Shown here: piece by piece, positions 1-6,748 of the stretch
How positions within the stretch are numbered: position 1 is the first letter of the stretch
Layout: each line of letters starts with the position of its first letter
DNA from: Coleofasciculus chthonoplastes F2-STO-03
GTDB taxonomy: Bacteria > Cyanobacteriota > Cyanobacteriia > Cyanobacteriales > Coleofasciculaceae
Direction: 5' to 3'
DNA length: 11,938 bases
NCBI GenBank assembly: GCA_040222015.1
Contig: JAVJWO010000184.1
Location: 1-11,938 of the forward strand
Notes under the pieces: model-generated
Seen by the model: only the letters and a program-made list of their open reading frames with translations
Database searches by the model: none
Told to the model about the DNA's origin: nothing
Translations under genes and position numbers: made by a program

Positions 1-84
1 TCAAGGCAAAATCTAGGGATGGGCAATCCCGAAGTAACGCTACAGGAGTTGGAGCCTCTACGCTACTTGGCGCAAGCCTGGTAG
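1..84 (+). CDS. tnpB: Probable C-terminal tail of TnpB (RNA-guided endonuclease), partial
   Basis: Frame 1 is open from base 1 (SRQNLGMGNPEVTLQELEPLRYLAQAW*) and stops at TAG 82-84, just before the IS right end. It resembles the tail after the TnpB RuvC-III motif, but no catalytic motif lies inside the window. Confidence 0.55.
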   Translation, partial: SRQNLGMGNPEVTLQELEPLRYLAQAW

Positions 85-141
85 AGCAAGTTCTGACGAT
101 GAATGTAGAATCCCACGCGCTTTAAGCCGTGGGAGTGTCAA
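1..141 (+). mobile_element. Right end of an IS200/IS605-family (tnpB-type) insertion sequence, truncated by the window edge
   Basis: A subterminal hairpin TCCCACG(111-117)...CGTGGGA(128-134) is followed by GTG-TCAA(138-141). This GAATCCC...GGGAGTGTCAA layout ending in TCAA is typical of cyanobacterial IS605 right ends. Confidence 0.8.
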
Positions 142-142
142 T

Positions 143-370
143 ACACCCTCCGACGTGAACCTGGAATTTATCCCCAGTGAGACGGGGGGAAAGATTCAAG
201 CCACAGGGCGCGATCGCTTTATTGTTGTCATGACGGTTCAATCCGTTACAGCGCCTGATGTTGAGGTTTTAAGAACTGGATTAAATCCCCAAATTCAGGT
301 GGAAAACCAGACTATTGAAATAATAGAGGATAAAATCGAATTGAAATCGCTAAAAGAGGGTGCTACCTAG
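143..370 (+). pseudogene. 3' part of a host gene cut by the IS605 insertion (hypothetical protein)
   Basis: The frame is open from the first codon after the IS end (TPSDVNLEFIPSETGG...LKEGAT*). It has only a weak GTG start at 155 and contains a HIP1 site at 210-217, which suggests resident host DNA. Confidence 0.55.
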
Positions 371-422
371 CTGATTTTTTATCCGGATAGAATTTATTCT
401 ATCTTGAATAAATTCAGCAGAC

Positions 423-629
423 TTGTTCCAGGAGTGTCTTTTAGGATTTACTGTTATGATGTCTGGCTTTTTAATGATTGCAATGTATGCACTGTTTTGG
501 ATGTGGTTCTTTGGTGGCTTTGCGCCAACGAAAAAACCTCCAGCGAAAAAGAAATCCCCAGAACAAGATTTGGCAGAAGCGCTGGGTAAATATTTGGCAA
601 CATTGAAAAAACCCGAAGATGCCAAATAA
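423..629 (+). CDS. Small hypothetical membrane protein
   Basis: 68 aa with an N-terminal hydrophobic segment (FLMIAMYALFWMWFFGG) followed by a Lys/Pro-rich and helical tail. The TTG start is uncertain, and in-frame ATGs follow shortly after. Confidence 0.5.
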   Translation: MFQECLLGFTVMMSGFLMIAMYALFWMWFFGGFAPTKKPPAKKKSPEQDLAEALGKYLATLKKPEDAK

Positions 630-643
630 GGGCGGGTGTAGGG

Positions 644-776
644 TAAGCTGTTTGGCATTTAAACCTTAATGTCAATAATGACGAAATCCTTGGTGTGCGT
701 TAAGCGAAGCCATGCCGCAGGCTTTGCATCTTGCTCGCTACTAATACCCAACCCAATTTAAATGCATGACAGCTTA
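644..776. mobile_element. 133-bp MITE-like element with 20-bp terminal inverted repeats and TA ends
   Basis: The left end TAAGCTGTTTGGCATTTAAA (644-663) matches the reverse complement of the right end, TAAGCTGTCATGCATTTAAA (757-776), at 17/20. Removing it with one TA restores a GGGTGTA-GGGTATA-GGGTGTA heptamer run. Confidence 0.7.
697..724 (+). repeat. Two-hairpin small dispersed repeat (SDR5-like) inside the MITE
   Basis: The sequence is GCG-TTA-[AGC GAA GCC]-AT-[GCC GCA GGC]-TT. Its first 16 nt match the minus strand of the dndB insertion (GCGTGAAGCGAAGCTA) at 14/16. Confidence 0.5.
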
Positions 777-782
777 TAGGGT

Positions 783-805
783 GTAGGGGCGCAAGGCTTG
801 CGCCC
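783..805. repeat. GTAG-type REP hairpin
   Basis: GTAG is followed by the perfect inverted repeat GGGCGCAAG-G-CTTGCGCCC. Confidence 0.7.
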
Positions 806-875
806 AGAAAGGTTGGTGTTGGGGTACTTTTTCCTCCTACCCCTTCTGCCTTCTAGTTAATCCAGCCAAGAAAAG

Positions 876-909
876 GCGTTGGCGGAGCCTGTTCGACAGA
901 ACGTATCGC
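876..909 (+). mobile_element. SDR5-like mini-element (26 nt) inserted in a HIP1 site
   Basis: GCG(876-878) + TT[GGC GGA GCC]T[GTTC GACA GAAC]GT + ATCGC(905-909). Deleting 879-904 restores an exact GCGATCGC. Confidence 0.75.
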
Positions 910-940
910 GAAACCACCCCAACCCATTCTCCCCCAATTC

Positions 941-2926
941 TTACCAAAAATAACCGGGTTCCACAACGGTTTGCCGTTCTTTGGGGTCATAATTCAGGCA
1001 ATACTCTTGGGCAATAGCGTCTAATTCCCGTAGGCGTTTTACCTCGGTTTCCCTAATTTCCGTATCCGTGGATAAGAGGATAACTTGATGAGACGCCGTA
1101 GGGAAATACCGTTCCACTAAATTACTCCGGTGAGAGGAATCTAACCGTCCCAATGGTGTATCAATCGCCACCGGAAGATGACGCCCCGAAACACGGGCAA
1201 GTCCCCAAAGAAAGGAAATCGCTAACAGTTGTTTTTCCCCCGCCGATAGACGATGTTTGGGAATTGGTTGTCCTTCTGGATCATAGAGAGACAGGCTAAA
1301 GCTTTGGGTGTCAATGGCGACGCGGTGAACTAAGTCGGATTTATGCAGCAGATAACGAAAGCATTCGGTAACTTCGATTTCCAGTTTATTCAGTTTTTTC
1401 AGAGTTAATTTCTCTCGAAATAGTTCCAATGTGGCTTGAACCTTGGCAATGGAATTAATAATATGCTGATTATTTTTCAGTTTAATCGTTTCATCCGCAT
1501 AAGTTTCTAACTCCTTTTTCGTTTCCCTAATTTGACGATCTATTTCATCACAGCGGCGAGAAGCATTTTCGTAAGCCGCTTTCACCTTGATCACTTTATT
1601 TTGGGCATCAGTAAATGCCTGTTTCAGGGCGTTGTAGGCTTCAGGAGATGCGGCGGTGGCAATTTGTCTTTCTAAAGCATCAATGTCAGTTTCTATGGTT
1701 TGCAGGCGTTCTCGTTGGTTTTGGGCGTTGGTTTGGGCGGTTGAGAGTTCATAATTCAGCAGGGTTTCTAGGCGAGTGATAGCCGGTTCATCTGCTAATA
1801 ACCACGGTTCCTCTTGGGCGGAAATTTCTTGATCCAGTGCTTGGTTGTCACTCTCTAGAAAGGATTGAATCTGATTTACTCGCTTAGGGGTTAAGGAGAT
1901 TTTTTTGATATACTGAATTAAACGTGTATCCCGTTCTTTTAATACATCCCGGGTCAATTTAATTTGGTGTTGTTTTTTTTCTTGTTCGGCTTGGGCTTTC
2001 GCTTGTTCCAGAAACGGAGAAATCAGAGACAAGGGAAGCACACCCGCCGCCAAGTCTCGCATCTCTTGACGCACCTGATTCGCTTGTTCAATCAGCGTTT
2101 TCGATTGGACTTCCAGTTGACTGCGTTCGCTGGCAAGTTTACCGCCTTCGGAGATAAATTTATCCGAGGCTAGCTGTTGTTCTTTTGTGGCATAGTCCAG
2201 TTTAGATTTTAGGGCACTTTTGTCTTGTTTAGCCACCTCCAGTTTTTCTTTTTGTTCAATGAGTTTAGCTTCAATATTATCTAATGTTTTCAGTTCTTTC
2301 TGATTGGCAATATCCCGGCGCTTACGACTAGCGAGAATATCTAAATCTGTGGATAGGCGTTCAGCAAGTTCTAACCCAAGCAGGGATTGAATCGCACTTA
2401 CCACTAGCGGAGGTGGAGTTTCCAATTCAGCCAATTCTTTGACTTGTTCCCCATCAAAGAGAAAGAGATTAGAAATACCCAGAGGGAGAAGATTTTCGAT
2501 ATAGTCATCCCAGGTATTTGCCAGGGCTTTATCGGGCCACTCTTCATCGACTAAAATACCTAGCGTATCTTTCCCATCTTTGAGTTCTTTTGTCCAATAG
2601 CGGACAATTCTCAGAGTTCTAGGTTTATCCTCTTCTACGACTTCAAAGGCTAATTCGATACGAGTGTTTTCTGTGGGCGGAGTGTTCCGGTTAACGCATT
2701 GAGTGAGAAAGTCATTATAGCTTAAATTTCCCCTAGTGGAACATTGGGCGCGGGAACCGTAAAGGCTGAGGCGAATGGCGTCCATTAGAGTAGTTTTGCC
2801 ACCACCATTCATCCCGCCCAAGAGAATAATCGGATGGCTAGAATTGTTGGTTTCGGGACGGAGGTTAATCACCTGTCGCCCTTGATAGGGACCAAAGTTT
2901 TGCAGGGCGAGTTCCAGAAATATCAT
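941..2926 (-). CDS. dndD: DNA sulfur modification protein DndD (SMC/SbcC-like ABC ATPase)
   Basis: 661 aa with N-terminal LQNFGPY, Walker A GMNGGGKTT, a long coiled coil, ABC signature LSAGEKQ, Walker B/D-loop VAIDTPLGRLDS, SHQVILLSTDTE and C-terminal GYFW. It lies directly downstream of dndC. Confidence 0.96.
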   Translation of the reverse strand: MIFLELALQNFGPYQGRQVINLRPETNNSSHPIILLGGMNGGGKTTLMDAIRLSLYGSRAQCSTRGNLSYNDFLTQCVNRNTPPTENTRIELAFEVVEEDKPRTLRIVRYWTKELKDGKDTLGILVDEEWPDKALANTWDDYIENLLPLGISNLFLFDGEQVKELAELETPPPLVVSAIQSLLGLELAERLSTDLDILASRKRRDIANQKELKTLDNIEAKLIEQKEKLEVAKQDKSALKSKLDYATKEQQLASDKFISEGGKLASERSQLEVQSKTLIEQANQVRQEMRDLAAGVLPLSLISPFLEQAKAQAEQEKKQHQIKLTRDVLKERDTRLIQYIKKISLTPKRVNQIQSFLESDNQALDQEISAQEEPWLLADEPAITRLETLLNYELSTAQTNAQNQRERLQTIETDIDALERQIATAASPEAYNALKQAFTDAQNKVIKVKAAYENASRRCDEIDRQIRETKKELETYADETIKLKNNQHIINSIAKVQATLELFREKLTLKKLNKLEIEVTECFRYLLHKSDLVHRVAIDTQSFSLSLYDPEGQPIPKHRLSAGEKQLLAISFLWGLARVSGRHLPVAIDTPLGRLDSSHRSNLVERYFPTASHQVILLSTDTEIRETEVKRLRELDAIAQEYCLNYDPKERQTVVEPGYFW

Positions 2927-2990
2927 AGTCAGGGGCTAATGTGGACAGGGGGATAAAATTAGGAATGATCTTTAACCTAATATAAATGTC

Positions 2991-3028
2991 ACATTGTAGA
3001 GACGTTGCATGCAACGCCTCTACAATGT
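2991..3028. repeat. 38-bp near-perfect palindrome (GTAG...CTAC REP-like) between dndC and dndD
   Basis: ACATTGTAGAGACGTTGCA|TGCAACGCCTCTACAATGT has 19-bp arms with one mismatch and sits 5 nt past the dndC stop. Confidence 0.85.
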
Positions 3029-3033
3029 TTTGG

Positions 3034-4653
3034 CTATCCGTCTGCTTCTTCAGTATCCTCGGAATCGGGTTCAGGGAATTTCAAACTCGCCCAAGATAAC
3101 TGTTTAGATTTCTCTTCCTTCGGCTTATCCCAAGCCTGTCTCAATTCATGAACTTCTGATAAATCCTGTTTGATATCTTGAACCGTATTTTTCAGATGTC
3201 GCTGATAGTAGGCGTTGTCAATCGCGTCTTCTCTAGAACGGGAACTACTATTAAAGCATTTTTCTAGGGCTTCATAGATACCGCGTCGGGATTTAGTATG
3301 ATATTGGCGTTCGGTGTCGAGGAGTTTTGCCATAAGTTCCAGGTGCATTTCATCCGCATCACAGATTTCTTCTAAGACTGTCCATTCATCACTCCCCAAA
3401 AGTTTGCGTTCGGCGCTAGGGCGGGAATCTTGGAATGGTTCGCCTGTGACTTCTTCATAGATGCGAGGTAAGCTGTCGTCAAATTCATGCTTTTCTTCTA
3501 ACCAGATACGGCGAATTTCGCTAAGTTCTTCTGGAGTAATTAGAGTGATGTCGCGCATCTCTGGGGGCGCAGTATTCCGGACATGGGTTTGGGCTTCTAA
3601 TACTCGTCTTAACCAATGTTCCCGCCAGTATTTTGTATAGGGACCATGAATCGGTTTAACGGAGATTTCACCATCAACATTGCGTTCAAAGAGTTCAACT
3701 CTACCGTAGATGCGGCGGAAGTCTCTCTTATCGTGATCGTCTTTAATATCCAAATCATTGCGAATATCCAGCAGAGGCTGCATCCACTCTTTCTCCTCAT
3801 CATTTTGAATCATCGCCTCCATGGACTTATCTTTATTAACCATGGTGCAAACCCAACAGCCAAACCGGGAATCACCACAGCTAGGCGTTGAGGTATCAAC
3901 AACTAAAGGGCATTCATTATCGGCTGTTGCGCCCTGATACATGGAGAATAAGTCTTTATTATTATTACCCCACGGATTTTGCCACTGCATCAAATAAAGC
4001 CAAACTTCATCGTTGCGCCAATCTTCAATCGGAGAGTAAATCAGAGAGTTGGGTAAACTCTTATTAGGGCTGAGGCGATCGCGAAGTCTACCCGCTTGAT
4101 ACTTTTCCATTGTGGCAGCACGTTTAGCACTTTCTGCTTTACGAGTACCCAACACCAGAATTGTTTCACCATTCATGCGAACAACTTCACGGATAAAATG
4201 GTTAGCCGGATGAATTTTCAGACGTTCGGTGCACCAACGAAATTGGTTGCGTGGTGCTGGATATCCTTTGCCAATTAAATTTACCCAAAATGTTTGTTCA
4301 GTTTTCGGATAGAGCAAATGGGGTTCTATCGGCATTTCTTGCTCTTTTGCTGCCTGCTTCATTCTTTCCAAGGATTTACGAACCCAGGTAGAGACAATCG
4401 GATTTTCTACCCGTGTGTCTGTTGTGATAACGTAAACCGTTTTTGTCCGTTTTTCCGCTGGCAACGCTGCGATCGCATTCCAGATTAACTGTAATACGGC
4501 TGTGCTATCTTTTCCGCCACTCCAGCCAATAACGAAGGGTATTTCATCTTGACAGTATAAATCTTGAATTTCTGCTGTTAGTTTCTGTATATCTTCCACT
4601 AACTCAGCCACCGTGCGTGGTGGGAAGAGAGAAGTCTGATGGGCTTGTGTCAT
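3034..4653 (-). CDS. dndC: DNA phosphorothioation sulfurtransferase DndC (PAPS-reductase-like, Fe-S)
   Basis: 539 aa with PP-loop GWSGGKDST, DTRVENP, FWVNLIGKGYPAP, RWCTERLKI, LGTRKAES and the Cys-rich ECPLVVDTSTPSCGDSRFGCWVCT. Confidence 0.96.
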   Translation of the reverse strand: MTQAHQTSLFPPRTVAELVEDIQKLTAEIQDLYCQDEIPFVIGWSGGKDSTAVLQLIWNAIAALPAEKRTKTVYVITTDTRVENPIVSTWVRKSLERMKQAAKEQEMPIEPHLLYPKTEQTFWVNLIGKGYPAPRNQFRWCTERLKIHPANHFIREVVRMNGETILVLGTRKAESAKRAATMEKYQAGRLRDRLSPNKSLPNSLIYSPIEDWRNDEVWLYLMQWQNPWGNNNKDLFSMYQGATADNECPLVVDTSTPSCGDSRFGCWVCTMVNKDKSMEAMIQNDEEKEWMQPLLDIRNDLDIKDDHDKRDFRRIYGRVELFERNVDGEISVKPIHGPYTKYWREHWLRRVLEAQTHVRNTAPPEMRDITLITPEELSEIRRIWLEEKHEFDDSLPRIYEEVTGEPFQDSRPSAERKLLGSDEWTVLEEICDADEMHLELMAKLLDTERQYHTKSRRGIYEALEKCFNSSSRSREDAIDNAYYQRHLKNTVQDIKQDLSEVHELRQAWDKPKEEKSKQLSWASLKFPEPDSEDTEEADG

Positions 4654-4699
4654 AGTTCAAAGTGCGTATTTTACCAGTTTCCTTTTCTAGCGAGTCATA

Positions 4700-4707
4700 A
4701 TTATAAT
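4700..4707. promoter_or_regulatory. Candidate bidirectional -10 element between dndC and the divergent dndB-like remnant
   Basis: Self-complementary ATTATAAT gives TATAAT on + (4702-4707) and on - (4700-4705). It lies between the divergent ATGs at 4653 (-) and 4743 (+). Confidence 0.4.
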
Positions 4708-4742
4708 AGATTCATAATGTTTTACTGATTTTATTGGTTTAT

Positions 4743-5053
4743 ATGTCTGATTACAACCTCCCCCAGGAAGAATCCAATCAGCCGTTTGATCAAGTGCTTG
4801 AGCCGTACTTTGCCAAGTATCACCGTCATTGCTCTACTTAGCATTAAACCGACGTATTTATACATTTGAAACAGAAAAAGTATTACAACTTGCCCAACTG
4901 GATTGGTCAACAGCCGGTGAACTTTGGCAGGGAAATATTATCAAAAAAGACCCCAATCCCAAAAATCCATCTAAACCTTACAAAATCTCAGCCAGTGCCA
5001 GCCCGATCAGAATAGCGGTTAATGTAGCTAAGGCAAAATTAGCTTGGATATAA
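4743..5053 (+). pseudogene. Internally deleted DndB-like gene: N-terminal stub (4743-4841) plus out-of-frame C-terminal stub (4829-5053)
   Basis: The ATG ORF MSDYNLPQEESNQPFDQVLEPYFAKYHRHCST* overlaps a frame with only a TTG start. That frame's LAQLDWSTAGELWQGNII resembles the DndB C-terminal motif of the neighbouring gene (LRRVDWSRSNPDWERRIM). The DGQHR core is missing. Confidence 0.6.
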
Positions 5054-5063
5054 ATAGTGGCGA

Positions 5064-6153
5064 TCATTTTGTTAACGGTAAACCCAAATACCCTTTCAAA
5101 TAAGCCACCATGCGCCCTATACTGGTGCGCGATCGCGAAATCTGACCCTTGACCATAATCCGCCTCTCCCAATCGGGATTAGAACGCGACCAGTCAACCC
5201 GGCGCAATTCCTGCAACCGTTCCTCCCAACTCTGGGGATAAACCGATAGTAACACTGACCCTACCGCCCCCAATCCCAAAAGTGCGAGTCGCTGACGCGA
5301 TAGCTTCGCTTCACGCATGACTATGAACATAATCCTGTCGCATCTCCCTAGCGCTTACACTTCGTTGTCTCACCGCCTCCCAATCTGGAATACAATAACT
5401 CACCGCTTCCCAATACCGAATTGCCAAATCAATCTGCTGTTCCAAGTCAGCCGTCTGCCAATCCGCCACTAGCATAGACGTAGCATTATAAAGGGTATGC
5501 AGCGTAAATAGCTTCCCCGATCGCACGGGTAATGTCCGATGTTCCTTATCGATTAGGGTTCGGAACACATTAATATTTCTAATCACTGCTTTGACCACAG
5601 TCGCCTGGGGATGGCGATGATCATAGAGAATCGCCAGCGAAGCATCCGGATGAACCCCATAACGGTTGAGATCCAAAAACATCTGCTGGGAATAGCGCAA
5701 CCCGATATCCAACACTAAAATAACCGCCACTGTTTCATACCCCAGCGCCGGATTTTGCTTCAGCGCCCATTCAAACGCCGCGCAGCGATGTTGTCCATCA
5801 GTAATCTGAAACCGCGCATCCATGGGAACTCGTAAGCGCCCCATTTTTCGCCCTTCTTTCTCGATACCAATCGGTTCAAAATTAATATCAGCATCAATCG
5901 CGGCGGTAATCGCGGAAACGGTATAATTATCAGGATTATTCAAGATATAGTTAGCAATATCTGGGACTCGTTTAGAATTTAGCGATCGCGCGACTCTCTG
6001 ATCCGGCGGATTCTCCTCATTCTCCCTCCCAAACAGCTTAGGAATAAATCGTACTGGACACATCGACACATAATATTCCCGTCCCGCTTGAATTCCTCGA
6101 ATGGCGGGTAAAACATACTCGAAGGAAGGAATAACTCCTTGGTCATTGGTCAT
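5064..6153 (-). pseudogene. dndB: DNA sulfur modification protein DndB, disrupted near the 3' end by a 25-bp insertion
   Basis: ORF 5311-6153 has LPAIRGIQAGREYY, RVPDIANYI, TDGQHR, QQMFLDLN and LYDHR. The ORF ending at 5064 carries the C-terminus (ALLGLGAVG...VDWSRSNPDW...LGLPL). Removing 5289-5313 joins them into one 354-aa frame. Confidence 0.9.
5284..5316 (-). mobile_element. SDR5-like mini-element in a HIP1 site within dndB
   Basis: The minus strand reads GCG-TGA-[AGC GAA GCT]-A-[TCGC GTCA GCGA]-C-TCGC. The flanks are the two halves of GCG(A)TCGC, and the architecture matches 876-909. Confidence 0.8.
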
Positions 6154-6178
6154 TTGTCATTCGTCCTTTGTCATTCGT
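6136..6178. repeat. Short 7-bp tandem repeat (STRR-like, NGTCATT) overlapping the dndB start
   Basis: GGTCATT GGTCATT TGTCATT CGTCCTT TGTCATT at 6141-6175. It supplies the ATG and the first codons (MTND). Confidence 0.75.
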
Positions 6179-6240
6179 TATAGTTTGAGGAATAGTGACA
6201 AAACGGAATAGAGTTAGGTTGATTTCCATCGATTTACTGA

Positions 6241-6432
6241 TTAGGGATTTTTGTTTTGTAACTCATCGTGTTCCAGCCGTGCTAATGTTGTTGCTGCATC
6301 CGCTAACATTAAGGCAATATTCACACGCGCAACCTGATTTTTTGCAGCTTTCAACTCACCTGCGAGAAGTTGCACTCGTGTCCGATACGCCTCGATAGAA
6401 TTCGGATCTAATACTTTTACTGGGTCACTCAT
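6241..6432 (-). CDS. Small hypothetical helical protein (63 aa) upstream of dndB
   Basis: GGAG (6444-6441) lies 8 nt before the ATG at 6432 (MSDPVKVLDPNSIEAY...). The protein is Ala/Leu-rich and amphipathic, and the gene is co-oriented with dndB, 87 bp from it. Confidence 0.65.
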   Translation of the reverse strand: MSDPVKVLDPNSIEAYRTRVQLLAGELKAAKNQVARVNIALMLADAATTLARLEHDELQNKNP

Positions 6433-6497
6433 TTTAATCACTCCAATTTGGGGTCAGTTATCGGTGACAAGTAAGAGGGGTGTCCGCCGTGATGGTT

Positions 6498-6538
6498 CCC
6501 CTTCTCCCATCAAGGGAGAAGGGGTTAGGGGATGAGGG
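6498..6538. repeat. Dispersed hairpin repeat CCCCTTCTCCC-N5-GGGAGAAGGGG-TTAGGGGATGAGGG
   Basis: A perfect 11-bp stem (6498-6508/6514-6524) plus a G-rich tail, a motif commonly seen in cyanobacterial intergenic DNA. Confidence 0.7.
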
Positions 6539-6689
6539 TGAAACAGTTTCCGGAGTGGGGGTACACTTCCCCTATGCTTACCAGTAGGGGTTTTCACCTT
6601 AAGTGACACGGATGCAGTTAAACCCACCCCGACAAGCCCTCACAGGTGACATCCCTAGTATGGCACATTTTTAGTTTTTAAAAACCTAT

Positions 6690-6719
6690 TTGACATAAAA
6701 ATATTAAATTAGTTATTTT
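6690..6719 (+). promoter_or_regulatory. Candidate sigma70-type promoter of the DGQHR gene
   Basis: TTGACA (6690-6695), an 18-nt spacer and TATTTT (6714-6719) lie in an AT-rich stretch about 30 nt upstream of ATG 6749. Confidence 0.5.
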
Positions 6720-6748
6720 TAAAAACGGACTAAAATATTATAAAACCG

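Noticed and set aside
350..675. ORFs 350-658(-), 404-589(+), 454-675(-)
   Set aside because: These are overlapping alternatives to 423-629 with no recognisable motifs, and two of them start inside the MITE.
1964..4488. Short ORFs inside dndD/dndC (1964-2173, 3609-3803, 3616-3891, 4096-4278, 4294-4488)
   Set aside because: They are antisense or alternate-frame shadows of well-supported genes.
5289..5313. Programmed frameshift or selenocysteine readthrough at the dndB TGA
   Set aside because: Readthrough alone would stay out of frame with the C-terminus, there is no slippery sequence, and insertion into a HIP1 site explains everything.
4978..5330. ORF 4978-5172(-), and 5064-5330(-) as an independent gene
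   Set aside because: The first is a shadow. The second is the dndB C-terminus, and its N-terminal residues derive from an alternate frame and the inserted element.
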